From assembly GCF_009914755.1 (NCBI RefSeq), contig NC_060944.1: a stretch of 64,000 nucleotides of DNA; one strand, given 5' to 3'. Below the pieces are notes generated by a model. It was not told the origin of the DNA. It ran no database searches and saw only the letters and a program-made list of their open reading frames with translations. The position numbers were made by a program, and so were the translations under genes. The DNA comes from the human T2T-CHM13v2.0 reference genome, Homo sapiens. Position 1 is the first letter of the stretch, and the number at the start of each line of letters is the position of its first letter. This document shows, in pieces, positions 15,007 to 29,336 of the stretch.

Positions 15007-17885
15007 TGATTTCTTCTTGCTCACTAACTTTTTTTCTTTTAGGTTAAGATATCCCTTTAGCATTTCTTGTAGGACAGGTCTGGTGTTAATGAAATCCCTC
15101 AGTTTTTGTTTGTCGGAAAAAGTTCTTATTTTTCCTTCAAGTTTAAAGGACCTTTTTGCCAGATACATTATTCTAAAGTAAAAGTCTTTTTTTTCCTTCA
15201 GCTTTTTTAATATGTCATGCCAGTCTCCCAGCCTGTAAATTTTCCCCTGAAAAGTCTGCTGTCAGATGTATTGGAGTTCCACTGAAAGTTATTTGTTTCT
15301 CTTCTCTCGATGCTTTTAGAATCATTTCTTTATCCTTAACCTTTGGGAGTTCAGTTAAGTGCCTTGAGGTGGTCTTCTTTGGGTTAAATCTGCTTTATGT
15401 TCTGTAACTTTTTGTTACTCGAATATTGATATCAAATGTTGAGGAATTGTTTAATATGATTTAATATATTTATTTAAATAAATGTTCAACTCATCTCTTT
15501 TTCTACCTCCTCTTTAAGGCCAATAACACTTAGATTTGCTATTTTGAGGCTATTTTTTAAATTCCATAGGCATGCTTTATTTTTTATTCTTTTTTGTCTC
15601 CTCTGACTTTGTGTTTTTAAATAGTCTGACTTCAAGTTCACTAAATCTATCTTCTTCTTGGTCAATTCTTTTAAATAATTCTGATCCATTCTTCAGTATG
15701 ACAATAGCATTTTAACTTCAGAATTTCTGCTTTATTCTTTTATTTCAATCTCATTGTTAAATTTATCTGATAGAATTTTGAATTCTTTCTCTGTGTTATT
15801 TTGTACATTTCTTTGAATTACCACAACGAGCTATTTTGGATTTCCTATATGAAAGGTCACACATCTCTGTTTTTTCCAGGATTTGTCCCTAGTGCTTTAT
15901 TTGGCTTCTTTGGTGAGGTCATGTTTTCCTGGATGGCCTTGATACTTGTAGATGTTCATCTGTATCTACACATTGAAGAGTTCAGTCTTTACTGTAGTCT
16001 TCACAGTCTGGGCTTGTTAGTGCCCATTATCTTTAGGAACACTTTCCAGGTATTCAAAGAAACTTGGGTTCCAAACCCAATAGCACAGTAGTTTATGCAA
16101 ACACATAGAGGTACTGCCTTGGTTGCCTTGGATTAACATCAAGAAAAATTCTCGTGATTTATCAAGTAAAGACTCTTGTTCTCTTCCCTTACTTTCTCTC
16201 AAATCAGCAGTCTCTCTTTCTGTGCTGAGACATGTGAAGCTGGGGTTGGGGTAACATAAGCACTCCTGTGGCCACCACCACTGAGACTGTGCTGATTCAC
16301 ACCTGAAGTAGGCACAGAACTTGGTCTCACGCAAGGCCCACTGCAACACTACTTGGCTACCATATGTTTATTCAAAGCCATAGGACTCTGTGATTAATAT
16401 GTGGCAAAGCCAGCCGTGTTTGTGTCTCTGCCTATAGGGTGGCAAGTTCCCCTAGCCATGAGTGGGTCCACAGATGCTACCTGGGAGCCAGAGATTAAAG
16501 CATAGAATCTTCAAAATTTACCTGCTCTTCTATTTTACTGTAGCTAACCTGGCACTTAGGGAATAAGACAAAGTATTTTCTACTCTTCCTTCCCCTGTCT
16601 GCAGGCAGAAGAGCCTCTTCTATGACTGCCAACACTCCTGGCCAATGGGGGGTTTCCACCAAATCATCATCACTTTCTCACTTAAAGCCCAAGCACTCTT
16701 TAATTAGCTTGTGATAAATTCTGCAATGTCTGGGACTCGACCTTTGGCCCCGGGCAAGCGCAGAAATGCTGACCAAGAAGACCTTAGGCCTGGACTCAGG
16801 GACTCTAAGAATCTGCTTGGTGCTCTACCCCACTGTTGTTGAGCTGGCATATCAGGTGCAACACAGAGTTCCCTTTACTTTCCCACCTGCTTTTCTCAAA
16901 CAGAAGTCTTTCACCATAGCTCCCACAGCTGGAAATGTATTGGGTCACACCTGAAGTTGGCGCTTCTCAGAGCCCAATGCCCATGGTGTATTACCTGGTT
17001 GTCACTGTTTTTTATTGTGGGTACGGGGGTTCTTTATTCAGCAGGTGATGAATTCTGCCAGATCTTTACTGACATGGCAGCACTGAGTTTAATGCAAAGT
17101 CCTCCAGTCACTGTGCTCTCCCTCTCCCAAATTCACAGGTTTCTCTGTGTTGTGTGGCTGCTGCTAGGTGGGAGTGGGCGAGTGGTTTTGTGAGCACTCC
17201 CTTAGCTTCTCTGGCTGTTGTCTCAGTAGACTCCATTCTCCCCACCCTCCACATTCCACTGGCTCTGAGCCCAGCTCGGAATATGACTTGCCTAATAATT
17301 GAAGTCCTTGTGGCCTAGACTGCCCCTTAAGTTCTCTTAGAGTCCAATAGCACGTCAACACATGATGGCAAGACTTGCAAAAACTGAAGCTCCCAATACT
17401 GGGATGGGAGGTTTTCCTCTTTGTAAGGCCAATACAAGTGCTCCCCCCATTGGCAGATGTCAGCTGAGTACAGTCTCGTTCTGCTTTTCACTGTGACAGG
17501 GTAGTACTGAGTTTATTGCAAAGCCTCACAAACTATGCTCTCCCTCTCCCAAACATACAATCTCTGCACGATGTAGCCACTACTGGTGGTTGAAAAAGAG
17601 GTGGCATCCTTGCTTCTAGACCGTCTTTTATTTGTTTGTCTTCTCCAATGTCTGTTTCTGTGATATGAAGTTAATACCAGGTACTGTGATTGCTCACCCA
17701 ATTTTTGGTCCCTTTGACAGTGCTTCTTGAATGTAGTGAGTTGTGAAAATTTGGTGTTTTTGTGTGGTGGATGAGAATGTAGGCTTCTATTCTGCCCTCT
17801 TATTCTGTCTCTGCCTTAAATTTTTTAGATTCAGGGAGTATATTTGCAGGTTTATTACATGGATATATTGTGTGATGCTGAGCCA

Positions 17886-17970
17886 TGTGGGATATTATTG
17901 ATCCCATCACCAAGGTAGTGAGCATATATTGTGGGATATAATTGATCCCATCAGCTAGGCAGTAAGCATA
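17886..17970. repeat. 44-bp tandem duplication in the L1 3'UTR
   Basis: tgtgggatatwattgatcccatca...agtragcata at 17886 and 17930. Confidence 0.8.
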
Positions 17971-18675
17971 GCACTCATCGTTTCTCACCCCCTGCCCTCC
18001 TCCTTCCCTCCTTCATCTAGTAGTTCTCAGTGTCTATTGTTGTCATCTTTATATTCATGAGTACCCCATGTTTAGATCCTACTTATAGGCAAGAACATGT
18101 GGTATTTGGTTTTCTGTTCCTGTAGTAATTTCCCTAGGATAATGGCCTCCAGAAGTATGCATGTTGCTGCACAGGACATGATTGTATTATTTTTAATGTG
18201 TGCATAGTATTTTACGGTGTATATGTGGCACATATTTCTATCCAATTTATTGATTAACACATAAGATAATTCCATGCCTTCCCTATTGTGAATAGCAATA
18301 TGACGCATATAGAAGCGCATGTGGGGTTTCTTTTTGTAGAATTTTTAATTTTATTTTGGACATATACTCAGTAATGGAATTGCTGGTTGAATGGTACTTC
18401 TGTTTTAAATTCTTTGAAAAATCTCCAAACTGCTTTTCACAGTGGCTGAACTAATTTACATTCTCACCAACAGTGTATAAGCATTTCATTTTCTCTGAAG
18501 TCTAGCAAGAATTTGTTATTTTTTTACTTTTTAATAGTAGCCATTCTGACTAATATGAGATGTTATCTCACATTGATTTGCATTTCTCTGATGATTATTG
18601 ATGTTGAACATTAAGAAAACAACCCCATTAAAACATTGACAAGGGACATAAGCAGACACTTCTTAAAAGAAGATG

Positions 18676-19036
<361 letters not shown>

Positions 19037-19669
19037 TCAAACCATTCGAAAAATCACTTTAATTGTAGGGATTGACAGTATGTTTCCCCTTCTCTATCTC
19101 CTTTCCTCTTTTGTGATTTTTTCTGATCACCATCAATCCACTCAGCAGAGTAATCTCCATTCTTACTCTGTGTGAATTGTGGTGATGAGCTAGTCAGCTC
19201 TCTTAAAATCACTAACAAAAAGTTTTAAATTTCCTAGTTAGTAATAAGTTTTTAGCATGCCACAAGATACTCTTAGAACAAGGACTTCTGGTCCAGGCAT
19301 TGTGGATTATGATGATTATTTCTTTGGATTTCTATAAGCTTTGAAATTAAGAGGTAAAAATCTAAAATAAATCAGACCATGTTATTTATACATTCATTGG
19401 GTTTGTTAATTATTCCACAGGAAAACAGATGAAAGACTTTTGTAGAATTCAATTCTGCTTCACCATATTTAGGGTTACAAGAAGGGAATTATATTGATGT
19501 AATTGACAGACTGAATTAACCTCAGTCATCACATGTGATTTTTCTAGAATTTTTTTTAATGGTGCTGACATTCTCTTCAATATGTCCATGCTTAGTTGGG
19601 TTTCTGGGGGAGAGATGAGTAGCTAGTACTACCCATCCAAAACATCATGTTCATTAGTTGGAATAATGG

Positions 19670-20217
19670 TGTGATATGATAGTCTTCAAGATGATGCCCT
19701 CAATTGCTTTCCTCCCTGCATGCACATGCTGCTCTTTACATTGACAGTTAGAGTCGAATCTCCCATTTCTTGAATCTGTGCTGGTCACAATGACTTGCTT
19801 TACCAATAGGATGGAGCAGAAGTTGTATTCTAGGACCTCCAAGGCTAGGTCCTAAGAAGCTTTGTGGTATTTGCCTGTGTGCCTTGGGACCAACTACCAA
19901 GTTGTGAGCACTCCAGGTAACATGGAGAGGTCAGATAGGCATCACACCCAGCAGCCAATATGCACTGCCAGCCATAAGAGTGACCCGTCTAGGCTCTTTA
20001 GCCTAGTTGAGCTTTCAGGTGAGTTCAGCAGCAGCCAACCAACCGCAACTGCAAGAAATACTCCAAAAGAGAACTTTTGTAGTGCCCACCAACCCACAAA
20101 ACCATGAGAAATAACATTATTTATAATCACTAAACAATAACAATAAACAATATTAAATTATAAATAATTCCTTAAGTTTTGGAATGGCTTACTATTCAGC
20201 AAGAGATAGCTAGAACA
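19670..20217 (+). mobile_element. MLT1 (G/H-like) MaLR LTR, old
   Basis: cttgaatctgtgctgg...tgacttgcttt.accaatag, gctaggtcctaagaag, and 3' end aagttttgg...cagcaagagatagctagaaca. Confidence 0.6.
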
Positions 20218-20999
20218 AGTACTAAATATTGCACAATACTGAATAAGTGTAAGTTTAGTTGTATAATATACTTCTACATTTTAAAGGCATTGACATTTCT
20301 GGAAAGAGTGCAAAAGCGAGCACTGATTAAATGGTTCCCAAGAGAAGTTTTCTGTTGTATTTCAACATCACCATTTGCCAATGGGAGCTGTATTTTGTTT
20401 TTGGAAAATATATATTTCAAAGTTCATTTTAAAAAATATACTAACAATTTTTTAGAAAGGCATATGCTATTTTGAAAAAAATTTGAGCAAACCAGAGAAG
20501 TGTAAACTTTAAGGCTCTAATCATATTTTTATGCTATTTAACCCATAAATCCAAAGTCTGATGACAAACAAGTTTATCTAATACTGATATTTGGATAAAT
20601 AAGTTAAACTAACAGTTTTCTTTTTAAATGATAGGTCTTATAATTGGTATGATGTTGAGATGGCTTCAGTGGATGGGCTCATCACCATAATAATATTTTC
20701 TCTTTAATACTTTTTTAGAACATTAAGTGACAACCAAAGGGTCTAAAACTGCGTTACACAGCAGTAATAAAATCAGAGTGACACTTACTTTGCAGCAGCA
20801 GGACTGGAATTCTTGCTGTTGGGGTTGGTGGCAGCAAACTCAATTATGGGTGTCTTCTGCTTCATGCTTAGATGGTGTGTTGGAACATTTCCTGTTTAGA
20901 ACTTTCTAACTCTTCCTAACTAGAGCTGTTAAAAATAGAAACAAACTCCTCTGATTTTGAATTCAGCCTGTTTATTGTTATGATTTGTTCATATGTTTC

Positions 21000-21300
21000 T
21001 ACTCTTTAGACCGTGGATTTCTTGTAGACAGAAATTGTATCTTATACCTCTTTTTGTTCAGCAGCGGTGTGCCTGGCACCTAGTTGAATTGTCAGGTTCG
21101 TTGAATAAGTAAAGTAAAATTATACTAGAAGTAAACTATTAAATTTATCAATTTTACTCAGAAAATATATAGCTAAGTATGACGTAAGAATCAATTCACT
21201 CACTGATTCAACGAACATTTTTTAATTGACTACAGTATGCTATGAGCTAGGAATATGACAGCAAACAAATCTCACTTTGTCTCAAACTTCAGTGGATCCA
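21000..21300. mobile_element. Degraded L2 3'-end fragments
   Basis: gtgcctggcacctag...gttgaataagt (plus strand) and attcactcactgattcaacgaacattt (minus strand). Confidence 0.4.
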
Positions 21301-21978
21301 GGAGTCTCTAGAAGTTTAATTCTTGCTCAATCAGCAATTCCTTTTCACTGAAGACTTGACAAGAAGTTTTGAGAAGGCAAGAGTGTGTGAACTCGGCAGA
21401 TGTTTGTGATGCACCTACTGTGTGCCAGACACTGTAGTGTCACAGGGTCTGCCAGTGTCTCCTAGGAAAGGTGAAAACTAAGGACAATATTTTAAACAAG
21501 AAACAACGCCAAGTATGCCACATGATGGAGAGGGAAAGCACTGGGTCCCAAGAGTATAACAAGCACTGAGCCTAGCGTGGGGTCCAGGTGTCTCTGGCAT
21601 CATGCCCTCCTAGGTCGTGGTTGTCCCTCCTTGTTGCTCCTGCTGTCTTCTTCAGTTACATCAGCTTCTCTGCATTTCCTCATTTTACAGTGTGTGGGAT
21701 GCAGTCATCTCTGAACAGGAATAGGCAACTGTGCACCTGTTACACCGTGCTTGATGCTCTGCATTGATGTACACTGGGCCCAGGTTTCCCTGGTGGACTG
21801 CTTGGCCCGTTCTTGTCATCTGGCTCTGAAGTCTTTGTTCATAGAGGTGCACTTGCCAGATGGGGAAGCCAGAGATCTGGGGTCCTCTGATGAGGCCACT
21901 CTCGCCCTGCTTATCTTCCCTGACATACCTAACAGATGAAGCTCAGGTGGGCGATGCACCTCAGGCCACAGTGTGGAC

Positions 21979-22518
21979 TGTTGTAACCAAGCGAATTATA
22001 GAGGAAAGCCACCCTTTGAGACAAATTAAGTTGTTCTTTATTAACCAGCGACCGAGAGGCAGCTAAAGCTCAAAATTCTCTTGGCCCCGAGGAAGGGGCT
22101 GGTTTTGTTTTTATACCGTGGTCTAAATAGGGGAGGGGGGAGTTTAGCTGTAGCAATTTTTACAGAAGCAGAGCTAGAGCTAGCAAACTGTTAAAAAAAT
22201 TAATTGGTTACAAAAGCAGTTACAAAAATAAATAAATAAACCATTCCAGGTGCAGGGGCTTAAACTATCACAAAGAGAGAAATACAGGGGTTTTGGGTGC
22301 CATTCACCGAGCGCGTCCCCAGGAGCTGCTGGTGCAGCTTGCCTCAATATCTTAATAGTAAGTGCATTCCTGGACGTGCTTTGAGTGAGTTTACACTAGT
22401 TATGCCCTTAAGGAAGGGAGGTAAAGGGGCTGCACGTGAAGAAACTAAAATGGAGTCTGTCCGGCTCTCTCTCCGCTAGGAGAGAGTCACTCAGGTTAAA
22501 ACAAGGTAGGGTATCACA
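21979..22518 (-). mobile_element. LTR6A-like solo LTR (ERV1, HERVS71 group)
   Basis: Minus strand starts TGTGATACCCTACCTTGTTTTAACCTGAGTGACTCTCTCCTAGCGG; perfect 4-bp TSD ggac (21975-21978 / 22519-22522). Confidence 0.85.
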
Positions 22519-23079
22519 GGACCGTGTACAATTATTCAAGCTCCAGCTTCAATTCTCTTTCTTATTGCTCTCTTAGGACAGTATATTTAGATGGGAGTAA
22601 ATGAAAGTAATGTTATTAGGGGATAAGATTAAAATCGATCCCACTTGTAAAAAATGAAGATTATTTGTGAGCTGTGATACTTTTTTTAGTGAAGAATCAC
22701 CTTAAAACTTGGAACCTGGATACAAGATAATTGCTTCATTCTGGAAAAGTTTAGTAGCAAACTATATGCCAGGACTGTGATAATTACTAGGGATACATGA
22801 TTGAATATATAGTATAAGATGCCTTGGAGTGTCAGTTTCATATAAATGGCTCATGCAGTATATAGACAGTGTGGTAAAAAGAGACTACTGAGATGTGCAG
22901 AGGACAGAAAATGAAGGGTCTTTGAATGGTAGATAAATGTGTTCGGACTTTTCACTCAGGGCTGTTGAAGTTTTTGAAGGTCAGTGGTCTTAGAGTTTTG
23001 GTGTTTTCAAGCCCTGCTAAGTACTTTGTTTCTAGCTGATGATTGGCCACCATTACTGATCATCTATTGGCTCTGTCTG

Positions 23080-23600
23080 ATTCAGCAATCCCACCGCTGA
23101 GTATTTATGCAAAGGAAAAAAATCAATGTATCAGAAAGATAACTGTACTTTTATATTTGTTGCAACACTATTAACAGTAGCACAGATATAAAATCAACCT
23201 AAATGTCCATCAACAAATGATTGGAAAAAGAAAATGTAGAAAATATACACAATGAAATACTATTCAGGCGTAAAAAACAGTAGAATCATAATTTTTGCAG
23301 ACACATGGATGGAACTGGAGGCCATTGTTGTAAGTGAAGCAAACCAGACACAGAGTAAACATCGTATTTTATCACTCATAAGTGGGTGCTAAAAGATGTG
23401 AGGGTATTGATGTAGAGAGTGGAATGATAAAGGAGACTCAGCAGGGTGAGGGGATGGAAGGGGTGAATAGTGAGAAATTTCTTAATGGGTACAATGTGCA
23501 TTATTCTGGTGATGGATACCTGAAAGCCCTGACTTCACCACTATGCCATCCATGCTTACAGCAAAATTGCACTTGGAGACCAAAAATTTATACAAAAAAA
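23080..23600 (+). mobile_element. Old L1 3' end (L1PB4/L1MA4-like)
   Basis: cagcaatccca...catggatggaactggaggccatt...gacttcaccactatgc, then an A-rich tail. Confidence 0.75.
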
Positions 23601-24639
23601 GTCTTAGACCTCTCTCTTTTCTCTCATAAGCCTCAGAGCTCAGTGATCCCCTTGGATCTCCTCAGCCTGCTGAGTTTTAACTTTCCTACCTAAGGTGATT
23701 TTGGGCAGAGACAAGGGAGTGTTTCAGGAAGACGTTTTCAGGCATACGCTTCTAAAGAAACATTGGAGACTCTCCTAGTGGCTTTTATCTAGTCACTGCT
23801 TTAAGCAAGGAATAAAACATCTGTGGCTAAAATTTTAAAAACTATGTTTCCCATCCACCCTTTAGACCTGACAGAAGAGATTTTAGGATTTTAAGGGAAC
23901 AGCTTTTTCCTGACCCAAAAGGGCACAGTAGTGCAAAGACCAATGTCACGTAGGTACCTTTTCCCCATCTGTAAAATAACTTTCCCATACTATTCCCACA
24001 GCTGGAATCAGTACAATGTTTTGACTGAGGTATTGGAAAAGCCTATGAGCTCATTATCATTTGAACGTATGAGTAATGTAAAATTTGGTAGAACTTTATT
24101 TGAAAGGATTATTTATGCCATTTTTAGTTAACTGATTTATATTACGGTTATTTCAAACAATAAAATCAGGTTGTTATGTCGTAAGCTAGAAAAATTTACA
24201 ATGACACAAGGTCTTCATTATCTCACATGATGAATTGAAGATTAAAGCAAAATAATTTAGGGAATTCTGTGACAGTTTCTGTTTCATGTTGTTTAATAAT
24301 GACTTCAAACTGTTGTATATATATGGAGAACTCCTGACTAAAGAGAATTTTTTTGTCTATTGTGCTATGTTTCTGTAACTTTTTAAGATCTAGAGGAACA
24401 CATATTTAGTCTCAGTTGGCCAACTAAATGTTATGGAGTCAGCTTCTGTGTTATGTGCTGTGCATTGAAGGGATGGTGGAGACAAGGCTGCTGACCTCGC
24501 AGAGTCTGCGGAGAAAACCTGATGGAGCGTGGCAGGGAACATGCTGGGAGCATCCCAGGATGCCAAAAGTGCACACAGAGGGAACACCTGCCTTAGAAGT
24601 GGGGAGGGTCAGACAAGGAGAGTTGTCAGGAAAAACGAG

Positions 24640-24825
24640 GAAAATTTAATCTGCAGGAATAGAAACACACTTGAGAAATCCATGTGGAATGAAAAGAGAA
24701 TGGCTGAGCAGCAGCAGATTGTCAAAAAGGAAATCAAGAAGGAGCAGCCAAAGAGGTGGATGGAGAACCACGAGAAAGAAGGTGACACTGAAGCCAAGGG
24801 AAAGAAAGTGTTTCAACATTTCTGG
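24640..24825. mobile_element. Probable L2 fragment
   Basis: aaggagcagccaaagaggtggatggagaaccac...gaagccaagggaaagaaagtgtttcaa resembles the L2 body. Confidence 0.45.
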
Positions 24826-24964
24826 GAAAAAAAATGACATTCTCCGTCTTAACCTTGTTATTTTATGAGTCATATAGCCACATTCCAGGTTCTGAGAAGT
24901 CCAGCACTAAAGATGTTTCTTTTAGTTTGCTTAACCCAGCATTTGCGGGAATAATCTGAGCTCA

Positions 24965-25008
24965 GTGTGAGTGTGTGTGCGTGTGTGTGTGTGTGTGCGC
25001 CTGTGTGT
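24965..25008. repeat. (TG)n microsatellite, imperfect
   Basis: gtgtgagtgtgtgtgcgtgtgtgtgtgtgtgtgcgcctgtgtgt. Confidence 0.85.
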
Positions 25009-25927
25009 TCCACTAATATCTCTCTGGGGTTAGTGCTCTATACAACATAATTTTTAAAACACTGGTTTTATCCATCTTATTATGTTCAGCTGCAGCAATA
25101 CTTACAAAGGTCAACTTTGATTATGTGTCTTAGTTACTAAAGAAAACAAAACAAACTAATGAATAAAGCCCACCTGGCAGTGGCTCCTCACTACCTGTAC
25201 GATGGAGCCCACCTGGCTTGGCCTGCGTGCCCTGTGCCGACCTGGCCATGCTGTCTTCTGCCTGTTGCTTTGCCTCCCCTTTCCTCCTGGAGAAGGTAGA
25301 GATGCTCTGAGATTTGGCCCGTCTGGAACATGTGTCCTTCTCCTCATGTGGACCATGTTTTCCTGAGTCCACTTTAATCTTGTTTAAGGGTATAGAACTT
25401 TACTTAAAGCTTCTGGTCAGGTCTCACTCTGTATGCTGTCTTCCTGCCACTTCTACTATGTACATATTTAACTGATACATTAATTATGCTATATCAGCCA
25501 AGGGTTTTACTTCTATATCATTTTATATCATCATCTTTTTTTCTTAGAGCTTAGTTCACTTATTTATTCAGTCTTTCCACACTATAATTGTATGTCATAT
25601 AATTTTATATTTATTTTCATTGGTGTTTATATATCTTTTCTGTAAAAATGGAGGCTTTCTAAATAGATCTTCATTAATGTTGAGAGAACAAGGTTTTAAG
25701 TCGTGGTCTCAGCCAAAAGGAGTTCCCCGCACTACCAGGAGGGAAAGAAGCACTTGCATTGTTGCATTAGATGTTCTTACAGAGAAAGAGAACCATGTGT
25801 AATGGAAAATTGCTAACTATGCCTCAGGGGGACCAGGTTGATTCGGTGAGAAAGTTTCTATTGGTTTAGAAAGCATAGTTCTGAGTTTTCTAGGAGAAGG
25901 AGAAAAATTAGAGTAGGGCATAAGAAG

Positions 25928-28200
25928 TAATGCCCATATCAAAAAGTTAGAAAGATCTCAAATTAACAACCTAACATCACAACTGAAAGAATTAGAGAAG
26001 CAAGAAGAACTCAACCATAAAGCTTATAGAAGACAAGAAATAACTGCAATCAGAGCTGAACTGAAAGAAATTGAGACAAGAAAAACTGTTCAAAAGATCA
26101 CTTAATCAAGGTTTTATGAAAAAAATACTAAGATAGATAAGGCACTAGCTAGACTAATAAAGAAGAAAAGAGAAAAGATTCAAATAAACAAAATTAGAAA
26201 TGATGAAGGGAATGTTACCACTGACCCCAGAGAAATAAAAATAACAACCAGCAACTACTGTGAACACCTCTACACACACAAACTAGAAACCCCAGAAGAG
26301 ACGAATAAATTCCTGGACACATACACTCTCTTAAGACTGAGCCAGGAAGAAATTTAGTCTCTGAACAGACCAATTATGAGCTCCAAAAATTGAATCCATA
26401 ATAAATAGCCTACCAACCCCTCGAAAAAGCCCAGGACCTGATAGATTAACAAATTTTAACAGATGTACAAAGAAGAGCCACTACTAGTCCTACTAAAACT
26501 ATTTCAAGAAATACAGGAGGAGGGACTCTTCCCCAACTTGTTCTACGAGACCAGAATCATCCTGATACCAAAGCCTGGCAGTGATACAACAAAAAAAGAA
26601 AACTTCAGGCCAGTATCCTTGATGAACATCCATTCAATAATCTACAACAAAATACTTGCAAACCGAATTTAGCAACACATCAAAAGGCTAATTCACCATA
26701 GTGAACTAAGCTTCTTCCCTGGAATGAAAGGTTGGTCCATCATGGGCAAATCAATAAAATGTGATATGTAACATAAATAAAACTAAAGAGAAGACCACGT
26801 GATTGTCTCAACAGATGCAGAAAAGGCTTTCAGTAAAATTCAACAAAGCTTCATGTTAAAAATTCTCAATAAATGAAGTATCGAAGGAACATACCTCAAA
26901 ATAATAAAGGCCACCTATGACAAACTCACAGCCAACATTTTACTAAATGGGCAAAATCTGGACGCATTCTCCTTGAAACCCACACAAGACAAGGATGCCC
27001 TCTCTCACCACTCCTATTCAACATAGTATTAGAAGTCCTTTCTGGAGCAATCAGACAAGAGAAAGAAATAAAGCATATTTAAATAGAAAGGGAAGTCCAA
27101 CTATCTCTGTTTGCAGACAACATAATTCTCTATCTAAACCCTATAGTTGTGACCCAAAAGCTCTTTAAGCAGATAAACAACTTCCACAAAGTTTCAGGAC
27201 ACAAAATCAATGTACAGAATTTGCTAGCATTCCTATATACCAAGAAGAGTCAAACTAAGAGCCAAATCAGAGAGGCAATTTTATTCACAATTTCCACAAA
27301 AAGAATAAAACATGTACGAATACAGCTAACCAGGGAGTTGAAAAATCTCTACAATGAAAATTACAAAACACTGCTCAAAGAAGTCAGAGAAGATACAAAC
27401 AAAAGAAAAACCATTCCATGTTAATGGAGAGAAAGAATTAATATAATTTAAATGGTCGTACTGCCAAAAGCTATTCCTATTAAACCAGCAATGACATGAT
27501 TCATGGAAGTAGAAAAAAGCTATTTAGAAATTCATATAGAACCAAGAAAGAACCTAAGTAGCCAAGGCAATCCTAAGCAAAAAGAACAAAGCTTGAGGCA
27601 TCACATTACCTGACTTCAACCTATACTATAGCACTATAGTAACCAAAACAGCATGGTACTAGTACAAAAACAGACACATACACCAATGGAGCAGAATAGA
27701 GAAGTTAGAAATAAGACCACATACCTACAACTATCTAATATTTGACAAAGCTGGCAAAAACAAGCAATGGGGAAAAGATTCCCTATTCAATAAATGATAC
27801 TGGAATAACTGGCTAGCCATATGCAGAAGATTGAAGTTGGACTTCTTCCGTATACCATACGCAGAAATCAATCCAAGATGGGTTAAATACTTAAATGTAA
27901 AACCCAAAACTATAAAAGCCCTGGAAGGCAAGCTAGGCAATACCATTCTGGACATAGAAAGAGACAAAGATTTCATGATAAAGACACCAAAAACAACAAA
28001 TGCAACTATTGACAAGTGAGATCTAATTAAACTTAAAAGCTTCTGTTCAGCAAAAGAAATTATCAATAGAGTGAACAAACAACATATAGAATGAGAAAAA
28101 ATATTTACAAACTATGTATCTGACAAAGATCTAATATTCAATATAAGGAACTTAAGTTTACAAGAGAAAAACAAAAAACCCTATTAAAAAGTGGCCAAAG
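25928..28200 (+). mobile_element. Internal L1 ORF2 fragment (older primate L1PA/L1PB type), truncated at both ends
   Basis: ORF pieces 26463-26672, 27149-27424 and 27831-28019 translate to ORF2p; many stops; ends at attaaaaagtggccaaag. Confidence 0.9.
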
Positions 28201-29298
28201 CCCTGACTTCTGAATGGCACTTCTGGACCCAGCCAGGGACTGAGGGATCTCACTGCCCTAAAGGAAAGAACACAGGACTCTCTGGCTTTGCCACCTGCTA
28301 ATTGTAGAGACCAAAGGCCTTGAGTGAACATAGGCAGTCGTCAGAAAGTGCATGCAGAAGAACTTGAGCAAGATCCGGTGCTGTGCTAGTTTCAGGTCTG
28401 ATCCAGGGCAGTCATAGTGGTGGTGGCCAGCGGTGCTTGTGTCTTTCTTCTCTCTTTCTAAGCTTTAGGTGGCTTAGAATAGAGAGAAAGACTCTGTATC
28501 TTTGAGAGAAAATAAGGGTAAGGAAAAAGTCTCTGGCTAGTAATCCAGAAAATTCTCCTGGATCTTGTTGAAGGCTGTCAAGGTGGTACTTCTCTGAGTC
28601 TGGAAGAATTACCGCATTATTGGGTATAAGGTGCCCCATAAAGCAGATATGGCTTAGATCACAACACCCAAGTTTTTTTCAAATATGTGAAAAGCCTTCC
28701 CAAGAAAGACAGCTACAAATAAGCACAGACAGTGAAGACTACAATAAATACTCACCTATACTCTTTTTAAATTTTATTTTTTTAAACCTCTCATATGGTG
28801 CTACATGCCCAAGATTTTAATGTCCAGACACTGAAGAACATCTACTAGCATCAACACTGTCCAGGAAAACATGACCTCACCAAGTGAACTAAATAAGGTA
28901 CCAGGGACAAATCCTGGAGAAAAAGAGATATGTGACATTTCAGACAGAGAATTCAAAATAGCTGTATTTAAAAAAAACTGAAAGAAATTTAAGATAACAA
29001 AGTAAAGAAATTCCAAATTTTATCAGCTAAACTCAAAAAAGAGATTGAAATAGTTACAGCGAATTAAGCAGAAATTCTGGAGCTGAAAAATGCAGTTGGC
29101 ATGCTGAACAATGCATTAGAGCCATGTAATAGCAGAATGGATCAAGCAGAGAAGACAGGCTCTTTGAAAATACATAGAAGAGACAAAAGAAAAAGAATAA
29201 AAACAGCAAATCATGCCTACAGGATCTAGAAAATAACCTCACAAAGACAGATCTAAGAGTTATTGGTTTTAAAGAAGATGTAGAGAAAGAGGCAGGGG
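28201..29298 (+). mobile_element. L1M1-type 5'UTR/ORF1 fragment
   Basis: Similar to the reverse complement of ~15500-16800 (e.g. caggaaaacatgacctcacca, gacagagaattcaaaatagct, gcagaaattctggag). Confidence 0.8.
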
Positions 29299-29336
29299 AG
29301 GATCTAGAAAATCGCCCCACGAAGACAAATCTAAGA

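Larger units (their letters stand above)
21466..26853 (+). repeat. Segmental duplication copy 1 (paralog of 58596-64000)
   Basis: Colinear along its whole length, offset 37130-37147. Two sampled 120-bp stretches have 5 and 11 mismatches. Confidence 0.97.
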
